A DNA stretch of 64,000 nt, from positions 128,295 through 192,294 of the forward strand of contig JAPDPT010000001.1 in NCBI GenBank assembly GCA_034506315.1. Reading direction: 5' to 3'. This stretch comes from Candidatus Zhuqueibacterota bacterium (GTDB lineage Bacteria > Zhuqueibacterota > Zhuqueibacteria > Oleimicrobiales > Geothermoviventaceae). The position numbers and the translations under genes are program-made. Below, in pieces: positions 1-9,404 of the stretch. The first letter of the stretch is position 1. Every line of letters starts with the position of its first letter. Under the pieces are notes generated by a model. That model searched no databases. It worked only from the letters and a program-made list of their open reading frames with translations, and had not been told where the DNA came from.

Positions 1-1
1 C

Positions 2-442
2 AATTACCGTCTCCGCGCCCGCGGAGGCAAGATCTACTTCTCGCCGCAAATTCGCGCCTACTATTGGGTCCGCGAGAGCCTGCACGCGCTCTGGCGGCAG
101 TACTTTCTCTACGGCCAATTCAAGGTCGAGGTCCTTCGCCGCCACCCCAGGCAGATGCAGCTCCGGCAGTTCCTGCCGCCGGCTTTCGTGGCCGGGGTAA
201 TCGCTGGGGTAGTTCTTTCGCCGATGTGGGCACCGGCTCGCTGGATCACCGGCCTCGCCTTGACCTGCTACGCCGGCTACGTCTTCCTCGGGACTGTATC
301 CCTGGCGAAGCGGGCTCCCCTTCGGGTTCTGCAGCGCGTGCCCCTTGTTTTCGCCACTTTGCACTTCGCCTACGGCCTGGGCTTCCTGGCGGGGATTGCG
401 AAGTTTCTTGTAGGGACAAGAGTGGCGCTCAGCCACAAGTGA
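2..442 (+). CDS. Glycosyltransferase family 2, C-terminal portion; 5' end lies outside the window.
   Basis: Frame 2 is open from nt 2 and translates NYRLRARGGKIYFSPQIRAYYWVRESLHALWRQYF..., a GT2-type conserved C-terminal region followed by a hydrophobic tail. The stop at 442-444 sits beside the RBS (GAGGGAG) of the next gene. Confidence 0.6.
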   Translation, partial: NYRLRARGGKIYFSPQIRAYYWVRESLHALWRQYFLYGQFKVEVLRRHPRQMQLRQFLPPAFVAGVIAGVVLSPMWAPARWITGLALTCYAGYVFLGTVSLAKRAPLRVLQRVPLVFATLHFAYGLGFLAGIAKFLVGTRVALSHK

Positions 443-449
443 GGGAGCG

Positions 450-1643
450 ATGGCACCGGTTCCCGAGCCTCGCTTCGACTTTCGGCAACTCCGCGTGATG
501 GTGGTGACAAATCTCCCGAATCCCCAGCGGGGGATCCACGCCACCCAAACCGCTCTCTTGGCCGATTACCTGGAGCGAGAGGGAGCCCAGGTACGGAGGG
601 TGACTCGTCAGACGCGCTTCATCCTGAAGACGGTGGATATCCTCTGCCAGCTGTGGTTGCAGAGGAACAGCTACGACTTGATCCAGATTCAGACGACACC
701 TTACCACGGCTTCGCGAACACGGCCGTCGTGATCGCTGCTGCTCAGCTCCTGGGAAAGCGAGTTGTCTCCAACTACTTTACCTCTGCGGGGCCCGATTTT
801 CTCGAGAAGCACCGCAGGTGGGCTGTGCCCTTGTTGAAGCGCGCAGACGCCGTGGTGGTCGCCTCGAAGTACGTGCAGGATCGCCTCGCTTCGCTGGGGG
901 TACGATCGGTCGTAATCCCACACCTCGTGGACTACACCGACTGGCCCTGGAGGGAGCGCACCTCCTTGCGTCCGGCCCTCCTCTGGGTCCGGCGATTTCA
1001 CCCCGAGTGCGATCCCGTCACCGCCATCCGGGCTTTTCAGCGGATCAAGGCCAGGCACCCCGAAGCCTCTCTCACTATGGTGGGAGACGGCCCATTGCTC
1101 TCTCCGTGCCGCCGTCTGGCGCAGGAAGCGAATTTGCGCGACGTGTCTTTCCCGGGGTTCGTCGAGAGGAAAACCCTGCGTGGCTATTACGAGACAGCGG
1201 ACATTTTCCTGCACACTGCACGCGTCGATAACCAACCCCAGTCCCTTCTGGAAGCGATGGCCTCAGGCCTCGCGGTCGTGGCTACCCGGGTGGGCGGCGT
1301 GCCGGAGCTGGTGGAGGACGGCCGCTGCGGGCTTCTCGTCGATCCCGCTGACGCTGAGGCTATGGCCGAGGCTGTCGATTGTCTGCTGGAGCGACCGCAG
1401 GTGGCGTTGCGGATGATCCACAGCGCACGCGAAAGGATACGATCGCTTGACTGGCCTCATCTCCGTCCTCAGTGGTCCCAGCTGTACGAAGCGGTCCTCG
1501 CGGGGACGGAGCCCTGCTCTAAGCTCGGCGACATTCGAACTCAGCAGAGCGCTCGAGCTCCAGTAGCAACCAGGCGCTCTGAAGCGGAAGTGCCAGCCAT
1601 GGCGGCGGGAACCCTCCAAAGGCGCCGGAGGCTTTCCAAATGA
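450..1643 (+). CDS. Glycosyltransferase family 4 (GT-B, GT4).
   Basis: 397 aa. The C-terminal motif EAMASGLAVVATRVGGVPELVEDGRCGLLVDP is typical of GT4. RBS GAGGGAG precedes the ATG at 450. The 3' end overlaps the next gene by 4 nt (ATGA), consistent with translational coupling. Confidence 0.85.
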   Translation: MAPVPEPRFDFRQLRVMVVTNLPNPQRGIHATQTALLADYLEREGAQVRRVTRQTRFILKTVDILCQLWLQRNSYDLIQIQTTPYHGFANTAVVIAAAQLLGKRVVSNYFTSAGPDFLEKHRRWAVPLLKRADAVVVASKYVQDRLASLGVRSVVIPHLVDYTDWPWRERTSLRPALLWVRRFHPECDPVTAIRAFQRIKARHPEASLTMVGDGPLLSPCRRLAQEANLRDVSFPGFVERKTLRGYYETADIFLHTARVDNQPQSLLEAMASGLAVVATRVGGVPELVEDGRCGLLVDPADAEAMAEAVDCLLERPQVALRMIHSARERIRSLDWPHLRPQWSQLYEAVLAGTEPCSKLGDIRTQQSARAPVATRRSEAEVPAMAAGTLQRRRRLSK

Positions 1644-2509
1644 CCTTGGAATCGTACGCCTCCTTCTTGCGGATACTGGGCATAAGATCCATTGCTGCGG
1701 GTGACCTGCTCTGGGTATCGGTGGGAGCCGGTTTCTATCAGGCCTTTCCTGTCCATCGACCCGTCGTACCGAGTGCGTGGCAGGTGCGGCAGGCCATGTG
1801 GAAAGGGCCGGCGGTAGGTGTGCGGTTCTGTGCCCCGACAGATTTTCCGCTCGGAGGGTCCAGCTTCGTCTACCTGATCGATGACCGGGGCTACGACCTC
1901 CATCACCTCTCGGCCAACCTTCGCAGCAAAGTGCGGAGAGGCCTGGCCCGCTGCCGCGTTGAGCCCATTCAAGAGCCCGAAACCCTGGAGGTCGAAGGCT
2001 GGCCTCTGAACGTCGAGACGCTGACGCGCCAGGGGCGATTCCGCGTGAGGACAGCTCGCGAACGATGGAAGCGCGTCGCTCAGAGCCTGGGGAAGATCGA
2101 AGGCCTGCAAGCCTGGGGAGCCCGCGTGGACGGTGAACTGGCTTCCCTCGCCGTGACCTTTCGCGTCCAGGATTGCGTCAACTTGCTCATCCTCCGCTCT
2201 ACGCTCCAGCACCGATGGGCCTACCCGAACAATGCTCTGGTCTTCACAATTGTGCGCGAGGCCTTTGCCCAACCCGGTGTCACGTGCGTCTCGTACGGCG
2301 AAGAGTCAATCCTCGGGCTCGATAGCCTGGACGTGTTCAAGACGGGAATGGGCTTCGAGAGGCGTCCCGTTCGGCAGGTGCTGATCCTTCACCCGCTTCT
2401 CCGGTGGGCCAAGCCCCTGGTGAAAAATCGCGTCGTAGAGGCTACAGCATCCCGCTACCCTGACAACCTTGTGTTGCGGAAGATTGTAGGGGCAGCGCGC
2501 TGGCTCTGA
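1640..2509 (+). CDS. Putative GNAT-fold acyltransferase (FemAB/CelD/BioF2-like); function uncertain.
   Basis: 289 aa, ATGA-coupled to the upstream GT4. The call rests on context within a glycan locus and a loose resemblance to the Acetyltransf_6 pattern (..LASLAVTF..NNALVFTIVREAF..). It is not a firm motif match. Confidence 0.4.
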   Translation: MTLESYASFLRILGIRSIAAGDLLWVSVGAGFYQAFPVHRPVVPSAWQVRQAMWKGPAVGVRFCAPTDFPLGGSSFVYLIDDRGYDLHHLSANLRSKVRRGLARCRVEPIQEPETLEVEGWPLNVETLTRQGRFRVRTARERWKRVAQSLGKIEGLQAWGARVDGELASLAVTFRVQDCVNLLILRSTLQHRWAYPNNALVFTIVREAFAQPGVTCVSYGEESILGLDSLDVFKTGMGFERRPVRQVLILHPLLRWAKPLVKNRVVEATASRYPDNLVLRKIVGAARWL

Positions 2510-2527
2510 GGCGCGTCGCTCCTTACC

Positions 2528-3691
2528 ATGCCGGGAAAAGGGTGTGAACCCACGCCCTCACCAACGGCGGATAAGAGTATGGGAAGGACGAACAGTATTC
2601 TGATCTACTCCGAGAATTTCTACCCCCGGATCGGCGGCGCGGAGTTGCAGCTTTGGCGGCTGGGTCGGGCTCTGGCTACCATGGGGACCCAAGTCACAGT
2701 AGTCACCCTGTGGAACGACAGGGCCCTGCCCCTTCGCGAAGCCCTCGAAGGAATGACTATTTACCGGCTCCCCTATCCGCAGCGTCGCGTCCTGGACTCG
2801 CTGGTCGTGCCCTGGCGCCTGTCGGCTTATCTTCTGCAAAATGCCCGGGATTTCAGCGTCCTTCACGTGCAGGGGATCGGGCTCGCCGGAGCGGTTGCTC
2901 TGATTGTCTCACGTCTTCTGGGTAAGCAGACCTGTTTCGCAGTGATGGGCTCAGAGGAGCTGTACGTCCGCGAGTCCACGCGCGTACCGAAGCCCGTTCT
3001 CTTCAAGCTGTATGCCCTTGCGCACCACGCAGTGGCGATCAACCGCCAGAGCCGGGACTACCTGATCGACAGAGGGATCCGCGCCGAGCGCATTCACGTG
3101 ATTCCGTACGGTGTGGACACAACCGTCTTCCACCCCCGCCGGCCCTCTGAGGAAATGACGGATCCCGCTGTGATTTTCGTCGGACGACTCGTGCCGCTCA
3201 AGGGCCTCCGCTATCTGCTGGAGGGCTGGCCCCACGTGCTCCGCCGGGTACCCGGAGCGCGCCTCCTCATGGTCGGGGACGGACCCTTTCGCCCCGAACT
3301 CGAGGAACTCGCTCGCGCCCTGGACATAGAAGACTCCGTGCAGTTCCTGGGCGCGCAGCGCGACGTACAGCGTTTCCTTCGGCTCGCTGAGGTGGCAGTA
3401 TTGCCTTCCCTCTCGGAAGGACTTCCCAACTCGCTCCTGGAGGCCATGGCCTGCGGGCTGGCCGTTGTAGCTTCGCGCCTTCCCGGGGTTTCGGAGTTGA
3501 TCGAAGACGGGAAGAACGGACTTCTCGTCGAACCCGGCAACACGAAGGCGCTGGCAGAGGCCCTCATCACCGTCCTCACTAACGCGCCGCTTCGTCGGGC
3601 CCTGGGCGCCAGGGCAGCCGAAACGGTGCGAAGGGAGTACAGCCTCGAACGAATGGTGAACGCCTTTGCCTCTCTATATCACCTGGTATGA
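2528..3691 (+). CDS. Glycosyltransferase family 4.
   Basis: 387 aa with EAMACGLAVVASRLPGVSELIEDGKNGLLVEPGN (GT4 signature). The true start may be the internal Met at about 2579 (MGRTNSILIYSENFYPRIGGAE). Confidence 0.85.
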   Translation: MPGKGCEPTPSPTADKSMGRTNSILIYSENFYPRIGGAELQLWRLGRALATMGTQVTVVTLWNDRALPLREALEGMTIYRLPYPQRRVLDSLVVPWRLSAYLLQNARDFSVLHVQGIGLAGAVALIVSRLLGKQTCFAVMGSEELYVRESTRVPKPVLFKLYALAHHAVAINRQSRDYLIDRGIRAERIHVIPYGVDTTVFHPRRPSEEMTDPAVIFVGRLVPLKGLRYLLEGWPHVLRRVPGARLLMVGDGPFRPELEELARALDIEDSVQFLGAQRDVQRFLRLAEVAVLPSLSEGLPNSLLEAMACGLAVVASRLPGVSELIEDGKNGLLVEPGNTKALAEALITVLTNAPLRRALGARAAETVRREYSLERMVNAFASLYHLV

Positions 3692-4095
3692 GTGCCGGAG
3701 AGGCCACGCGGCAGGTGCAGCCTGCCTGTACCAGCAGGGCGCGTCCAGAACGATGGGGAGTCCCCGGTACGCCACCATCAGCCTCCACTGCGGTTGCCCA
3801 CCCAGGCCAGGGCGCCTGCTCTCCCGGTGCCGCCGTGTCGCGGCAAAGTCTGCTTACAAGATCGTAAGCAGCAAAGAGGCTTCGGTAACTGAGGGTCGGC
3901 TACGCCGCGAAGACCAGGAACCTCCGCAACGGAGGGCCGAGAAAACAGCGGAGTTCAGGCCGCACGAACACGAGGGAAGCACGCTCGTCACCTCTGTTGG
4001 CACAGGGAATGCAGGCACAAGGCGAGAGCACTATGAGCCAGCGAAGGGATTTCGCGGTGCGGGCATGAAGCTCGTGGATGGGTGGAGGACGAGGG

Positions 4096-6606
4096 ATGGG
4101 TCGGTCTTTCTCGAATAGCACAGGGTCGTGGAAAGAATTGCCTGAGGCGGGGCAGAAGAGGGCTCGGGTCTCAATCAGCCGGCTGTGGGGCGTCCGTGCG
4201 TGGCGGAAGTCAGCGCTGGTACTTTGGGTCGTGTTCGCGGCTGTACAGCATCCGGGAATGGCGGCGGACTATTACGTGAGCCCGGGGGGAGACGACCGGA
4301 ATCCGGGGACGTTCGAGAGACCGTTCCTCACCGTTGCAAAGGCCGTGGAGGTGGCACAGCCCGGAGACGTCGTGCACATTCGGGCCGGCGTGTATTCGGG
4401 AATCCGGATCTTCCCGGCAGGAGGGGTAGGCCGGTCCGGTACGCCAGATCGTCCCATCGTGTACAGGGCCTTCGGCGACGGAGAGGCCATCATCCGGGGC
4501 ATGGTTTGGATTGAGGCGGAGTACATTGAGTTCCACGGGCTGAAGATCACCAATCCCAGCGGACACGGTGTCTTTCTCTGCGGCGCCCGGACCCCGGCTG
4601 GAAGCGGATCATTTGTGACCAATCACATCCGCTTCGTACGCTGCGAGATCTACGAGTGTATGGGCATCGGGGTACTGACGGACTACGACGTTCACCACAA
4701 CGAGTTCCTCTACTGCAACGTGCACCATAACGGCAAACGCAATCCGCCCAAAGACGGCGAGGGCCAGGGTTTCTACGTGGGCGGGGACTACAATCGCTTT
4801 ATCGGAAACGAGATCCACGACAATGCCGATAACGGGCTCCAGATCTGGGCCTCACGGGGCTGGGGCGACGACGTGGCCACGCCTACTGGGAACGTGATCG
4901 TCGGTAACAAGGTGTACCGAAACGGCTTCGCCGTAAACATGGCGGGCATTGTAGTAGGGGCTGCTTGCGGCGGGGACAGCAACCTCGTAGCCAATAACCT
5001 CATCTACGGGAATCGCACGTACGGACTCCACATCGCCGGCAGCCTGGGAAAGGACAATCGCTTCGTGAACAACACGATCTTCGGCAACGAGACTGGCATT
5101 GCCATCTACTCCTCGGCAGGGCCGAATACCGTGGTGCTGAACAACGTTGTCTTCGGTAACCCGATCAATCTGACGGTCTGGCGGATCCCAGACAAGCCGG
5201 ATCACCTGTCGACGCTGGTGTGCGACTACAACCTCTGGGATCCGTCCGGTTCTTTCAACTGGGTCGGGGTATCGTACGGGAACTCGTTGGCCGGCTACGT
5301 CAGAGCCAGCGGCAAGGACCAGCACTCTTTCGCTGCCGACCCTCGGTTCGTCGATCCGCAGGCGGGTGACTTTCGGTTGCGTGCCGACAGCCCTGCCATC
5401 GATGCCGGTATCCTTCTGCCCGATGTGGAATCGGATGCCCTGGGCGTCCCACGTCCCCAAGGCAGCGGGCCCGACTTGGGTGCTCACGAATTCGCCAACG
5501 GTTTACACGTCGTCCTCACCGCCGTCGGCCGTAAGGGCCCTGTTCCGCTTCGCGTAGAATTCTTCGCGACCGTGGTCGGCGGCTCGGAACCCTATACCTT
5601 TGTCTGGGATTTCGGCGACGGCACGACGGCCGTTGCGGGAACCGTGGCAGCGCACTTGTACGAGGAGCCAGGTCATTACATCGTCCGTCTCCAGGTGACC
5701 GACGGGTCAGGGATGACCGGAGAGGCGACGCTTAGGGTGGAGGCCACGGAGGCTCTCCAACCCAGGAACTCCCTGTTGGTCCGCGAGGTCCGCTTGACGA
5801 CCGGACCGGGTCTGTCCCCTGTCTCGGAGATCGTCCCCGGCACCTGGTATCGCGTGCAGGTAACGCTGGGCGATTCGTCCGACTGGCCCGAATTCCAGGA
5901 GCTCGTCCTCTTCCTCTCGGGACCTGCCTCGCCGATGCCGCAGGCGGCGTTCGATCCCCGCAGCAATTACGGGGTCAAGGTCAGCGCGGACGGCCGCCTC
6001 TGGGCTCTGGAGACGCCCGGGGATTCAACATGGACAGAGATCTCGGGTCGGTCGGGCTTGTGGGTGGACGCATCCCGGAACAGCTTTAGCCTCGATCTCG
6101 CCCGGGGAGAGATACAGCTCTCCGTGCGCCTCCTGGCAGAAGCCGCTTCGGGCCGGTGGTACATCCTTGCTCTTGCCCAGGATCGCTCGGGAAGCTGGAC
6201 TTCAGCCCGCTTCCCCATCACCGTGCGCGACGGCTCCGAGATTGTGGCCGAGCTCTTCGCTCAGGGTCCGGTGGCCGACTCGACGGGCCGGTGGTTCTAC
6301 CAAGTCCTGCTCACAACCTCTCGCCCCGTCGTGCGAATACCGGCCCCGCTCTTCTTCGTGGACAAGCTTGGGAACCGGCACCTCGTGACTCTGGAGGGAA
6401 CGCTGCCCGGCTCGACTTTCTACGGTAGAATCTGGCGGGACGATGCTCCAGAGGAAGGCTGGGGGCGATTTGAGCTCGGGCCTGGAGCCCTGGCGGATAC
6501 CCTGGGCAATGAGGGCTCCACGATCCTCCAGGGGCAATCCATGCTTCTCGACTGGCCACCCAAGCGGGTAGCCAATCCAGTAGCCACTTCGTCGGCTGGG
6601 CGCTGA
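4096..6606 (+). CDS. Secreted right-handed parallel beta-helix (pectate-lyase-fold) protein with a PKD domain.
   Basis: The N-terminal region ADYYVSPGGDDRNPGTFERPFLTVAKAVEVAQPGDVVHIRAGVY is the hallmark start of DUF1565/beta-helix proteins. Repeated NN.I.GN motifs follow, and FVWDFGDGTTAVAGTVAAHLYEEPGHYIVRLQVTDGSGMTGEATLRV is a classic PKD domain. RBS GGAGGA lies 6 nt before the ATG at 4096; the ATG at 4078 is an alternative. A hydrophobic segment consistent with a signal peptide precedes the mature region. Confidence 0.75.
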   Translation: MGRSFSNSTGSWKELPEAGQKRARVSISRLWGVRAWRKSALVLWVVFAAVQHPGMAADYYVSPGGDDRNPGTFERPFLTVAKAVEVAQPGDVVHIRAGVYSGIRIFPAGGVGRSGTPDRPIVYRAFGDGEAIIRGMVWIEAEYIEFHGLKITNPSGHGVFLCGARTPAGSGSFVTNHIRFVRCEIYECMGIGVLTDYDVHHNEFLYCNVHHNGKRNPPKDGEGQGFYVGGDYNRFIGNEIHDNADNGLQIWASRGWGDDVATPTGNVIVGNKVYRNGFAVNMAGIVVGAACGGDSNLVANNLIYGNRTYGLHIAGSLGKDNRFVNNTIFGNETGIAIYSSAGPNTVVLNNVVFGNPINLTVWRIPDKPDHLSTLVCDYNLWDPSGSFNWVGVSYGNSLAGYVRASGKDQHSFAADPRFVDPQAGDFRLRADSPAIDAGILLPDVESDALGVPRPQGSGPDLGAHEFANGLHVVLTAVGRKGPVPLRVEFFATVVGGSEPYTFVWDFGDGTTAVAGTVAAHLYEEPGHYIVRLQVTDGSGMTGEATLRVEATEALQPRNSLLVREVRLTTGPGLSPVSEIVPGTWYRVQVTLGDSSDWPEFQELVLFLSGPASPMPQAAFDPRSNYGVKVSADGRLWALETPGDSTWTEISGRSGLWVDASRNSFSLDLARGEIQLSVRLLAEAASGRWYILALAQDRSGSWTSARFPITVRDGSEIVAELFAQGPVADSTGRWFYQVLLTTSRPVVRIPAPLFFVDKLGNRHLVTLEGTLPGSTFYGRIWRDDAPEEGWGRFELGPGALADTLGNEGSTILQGQSMLLDWPPKRVANPVATSSAGR

Positions 6607-7799
6607 TGGAAAGGGAGATGGAAGCCGTCTGGGAGCGAGCCTCGGCTGCTTCCCCCACCGTCGTCCTGCAGGTCGTAGAAAGCCTGGCCGTGGGCGGTGC
6701 CGAACGACTAGCGGTGGAGGTGGCGAACTGGCTCCGACCGCCGCTTTACGAAAGCCACCTGGTGTGCACGCACGGCAGCGGCCCGCTGGAAAAGAGGCTT
6801 TCCCCCCACGTGCACCTTTTCTGTCTGCACCGCACCTCGCGGGCCAATCTCTCAAGCTTCTGGCTGTTTGGCCGGTACGCGTCGCGCGCAGGAGCTCACA
6901 TCGTCCATTCCCACGGACACTTCACCGCGTACTTCTGCGGGTTGGCCCGCCTGCTTACCGGAGGCCGGTGGCTGCACATCTTCCACGACCACAACGTCCT
7001 ACCCGGCCAGGGCGTGCTGCTTACGGCCGGTGATCGCGTTTTCCTTCGCCGGCTGGATGCGCATCTGGTCGTAAATGAGAGGCTGTTGCAGAGGGCCAAG
7101 CGCCTGGGCCTGGTTCCTCGGCATCGATGCTTCTACGTCCCCAACGGCGTCTTTTCCGAGTCGGACCTTCAGGGGACCCCGCTTGGCCGCCGCGCACCGA
7201 ACTCGGGGCCTCCGATACTTGTGCAGGTAGCGAACGTGCGCCCGGTAAAGGACCAGCTCATGGCTGTACACGCCGCAGCCGTGCTCAGAAGCAACTACGG
7301 TCCGTTCCGCTGGTGGCTGGTGGGCTCGCTGGAATCGGATCCCGCCTACACCCGGCGGGTCGCCGAGGAGATCCACAGGCTGGGGCTTGAGGACTGCGTG
7401 CAGCTACTGGGTGCTCGCGAGGACGTCCCTTCCCTTTTGCGCTCAGCGTCGGTGGGCGTTCTCACGTCTCGTGCCGAAGGTCTGCCACTTGCCCTTCTCG
7501 AATATATGGGGGCTGGACTGCCTGTCGTCGTGACCGACGCTGGCCATTGCCGAACCGTGGTCGAGGAGGCGAAGGCGGGTTTTGTGGTGCCGCCCGGGGA
7601 TGTGGAAGGATTGGCCTCGCGTATCGCCTGGATTCTTCGCCACCCGAACGAGGCGACCGAGATGGGGAGACGCGGTCAGGAGCTGGTGCTCGCCCGCTAC
7701 ACGATCGACCGCACGGTGGAGGCCGTCTTGCGCATCTACGACGAGCTCCTCAGCGACCGACGGGGACAGCACTGGCCATCTCCTCGGCAGGCTGGATGA
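6606..7799 (+). CDS. Glycosyltransferase family 4.
   Basis: 397 aa. The N-terminal VVESLAVGGAERLAVEVANWL and the C-terminal AEGLPLALLEYMGAGLPVVVTDAGHCRTVVEEAKAGFVVPPGD match GT4. The start overlaps the stop of the beta-helix gene (TGATG); ATG 6618 is an alternative start. Confidence 0.8.
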   Translation: MEREMEAVWERASAASPTVVLQVVESLAVGGAERLAVEVANWLRPPLYESHLVCTHGSGPLEKRLSPHVHLFCLHRTSRANLSSFWLFGRYASRAGAHIVHSHGHFTAYFCGLARLLTGGRWLHIFHDHNVLPGQGVLLTAGDRVFLRRLDAHLVVNERLLQRAKRLGLVPRHRCFYVPNGVFSESDLQGTPLGRRAPNSGPPILVQVANVRPVKDQLMAVHAAAVLRSNYGPFRWWLVGSLESDPAYTRRVAEEIHRLGLEDCVQLLGAREDVPSLLRSASVGVLTSRAEGLPLALLEYMGAGLPVVVTDAGHCRTVVEEAKAGFVVPPGDVEGLASRIAWILRHPNEATEMGRRGQELVLARYTIDRTVEAVLRIYDELLSDRRGQHWPSPRQAG

Positions 7800-8211
7800 C
7801 CTCCTGTCCGCTCCGGCCGTGCACGCGCGCGCCTATCAGCGTTTCCACCTCCACGACGTCGGCCCGGATCCCCGATCCGAGATCCAGACAGGAGGCGGAG
7901 GGTACCCCACAGGCCACGTCCACCACCTCGTCGACGAGCAGGGCAACGAGCTGGCCTCCGACGTCCGTTACGATGTAGACGCACAGAGGATCGGGGGGTT
8001 CGTCCACCCCGTAGGCCCGGAGGTCTAGCACCGGAATTTGCTCATTCCGTACGCAGATCGTGCCCACGAATCCGCCATCGCGACCCACGGCGGCTGGCTC
8101 GTACTCGCGGTGGCCGAGAACGGCGCGTACCGACTCGCTGCGAACAGCAAGCAACCTCCCTTCGGCCTCAAAAATCAAGAAGGGCCGGGATTGCAGGAGC
8201 TCTCGGCTCAT
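7750..8211 (-). CDS. cheW: CheW-like chemotaxis coupling protein (single CheW domain).
   Basis: 153 aa. FLIFEAEGRLLAVRSESVRAVL...GFVGTICVRNEQIPVLDLRAYGV...QLVALLVDEVVDV aligns with the CheW consensus (FLTF.LG.E.YGI....V.EIV / VLPVIDLR / VGLLVD.V.EV). The gene is convergent with the upstream GT4 and overlaps it by about 50 nt. Confidence 0.65.
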   Translation of the reverse strand: MSRELLQSRPFLIFEAEGRLLAVRSESVRAVLGHREYEPAAVGRDGGFVGTICVRNEQIPVLDLRAYGVDEPPDPLCVYIVTDVGGQLVALLVDEVVDVACGVPSASCLDLGSGIRADVVEVETLIGARVHGRSGQEVIQPAEEMASAVPVGR

Positions 8212-8375
8212 CGAAGCACCTCCTTTGATCGCAACACACGCCGCCCCACAAGGGGATTATCGCCTGGCAGGGACAAAACGTTAGGGCCGACGGCTCGCCC
8301 TCCTGCTTGCACGGGACACCGCGCAGGGTTATCTTTGCCGGACAAGAACAAGGCGAACACCAGAAGGAGAGCCCC

Positions 8376-9404
8376 ATGAGTCCGATCCTGACTGGCTGGA
8401 GCTACTTCGGCGTGCGCAACCCGAAGCACGTGGCCGAAGACCTCGAGGACATGGTCGAACACGGCGCCAACGCCGTGCTTTTCACCCTGTCCGAGGAGGA
8501 CGTGGCGTTCTATCTGGACACCATGCGAGAGCTCGTCGAGCTGGCGCACGCGAGGCGAATGGTGGTCTACGTTAACCCCTGGGCATGGGGCGGAGTGTTC
8601 GGCGGAGAAGCTTTCTCCGGATTCCTGGCGCGCAATCCCGATGCGCGTCAGGTGGACTCCGCGGGCAGACCCGTCCCAGCTGCCTGCTTCCACCACCCAA
8701 AGTTTCGCGATGCCATGCTCCGCTGGCTGGACGCGGCGCAGCACGTCGGTGCCGATATCGCCATGTGGGACGAGCCCCACTTCTTCATCTTCGACTGGGA
8801 CCCTGAGCTGTCTGCCTACAAGGGCCGGTGGACGTGCCGATGCCGCCACTGCCGCAAGCGATTCCGCACTCTCTACGGCTTCGAAATGCCGGTCCAACGC
8901 ACCCCCGAAATCGAAGAGTTCCGCCACCGTTCCATCCTCAGCTTCCTGGACACGATGGCGCGCGAGGCGCGTAGCCGCGGCCTCCGGAACTCGATCTGCA
9001 TCCTGCCCCCTTCCTTCGGTCTCGACGACGGTTTGCTTCGCTACGAGGAGGTCTTCGACCTTGAGGCGATCGACATTGTGGCCACCGACCCCTACTGGCG
9101 CGAAGAAAATGACCTCGCCTGGGTGGAGCGGGAGTACAGCGCTAATGCAACATGGCTTATCCGAGAAGGAAAACGAACAGGACGCGAAGTGGAGATCTGG
9201 GTTAAGAATTTCAAGGTGCGACGGGGACAGGAGGAGTTTGTGCGCCACGCGACTCGCGTAGCCTTCGAGAAGGGCATCCGCCGAATCCTGGCGTGGAGCT
9301 ACCTCGGCTCAGCCTACATGAGCGCGCTGCGCAGTGACGATCCCCTACTCGTGTACCGTACCCAGGCGGAAGCCTTCCGCGCTTGCCGGGAAATGGCCAC
9401 CTGA
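8376..9404 (+). CDS. Hypothetical cytoplasmic TIM-barrel, glycoside-hydrolase-like protein; family unassigned.
   Basis: 342 aa from ATG 8376, with RBS AGGAGA 6 nt upstream. There is no signal peptide. The alternating beta/alpha pattern contains conserved W/E/D residues, and there is an unusual Cys cluster WTCRCRHCRKRF. The family assignment is not secure. Confidence 0.5.
   Translation: MSPILTGWSYFGVRNPKHVAEDLEDMVEHGANAVLFTLSEEDVAFYLDTMRELVELAHARRMVVYVNPWAWGGVFGGEAFSGFLARNPDARQVDSAGRPVPAACFHHPKFRDAMLRWLDAAQHVGADIAMWDEPHFFIFDWDPELSAYKGRWTCRCRHCRKRFRTLYGFEMPVQRTPEIEEFRHRSILSFLDTMAREARSRGLRNSICILPPSFGLDDGLLRYEEVFDLEAIDIVATDPYWREENDLAWVEREYSANATWLIREGKRTGREVEIWVKNFKVRRGQEEFVRHATRVAFEKGIRRILAWSYLGSAYMSALRSDDPLLVYRTQAEAFRACREMAT

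Noticed and set aside
4078-4095. Alternative upstream ATG for the beta-helix protein, and several ORF-track starts printed as M that are really GTG/TTG.
   Set aside because: ATG 4096 has a GGAGGA at optimal spacing, so it was preferred. The ORF track uses alternative initiation codons (for example GTG at 42019, 14928 and 23924), so its starts were re-evaluated case by case and not trusted.
4852-5487. 211-aa minus-strand ORF inside the beta-helix/PKD gene.
   Set aside because: Antisense shadow of the 842-aa secreted beta-helix protein, whose beta-helix repeats and PKD domain are read directly on the sense strand.
8208-9248. 346-aa minus-strand ORF.
   Set aside because: It is entirely antisense to the RBS-led TIM-barrel gene (8376-9404). 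It has low-complexity Ala/Arg/Gly composition typical of shadow ORFs in high-GC DNA and no motif.
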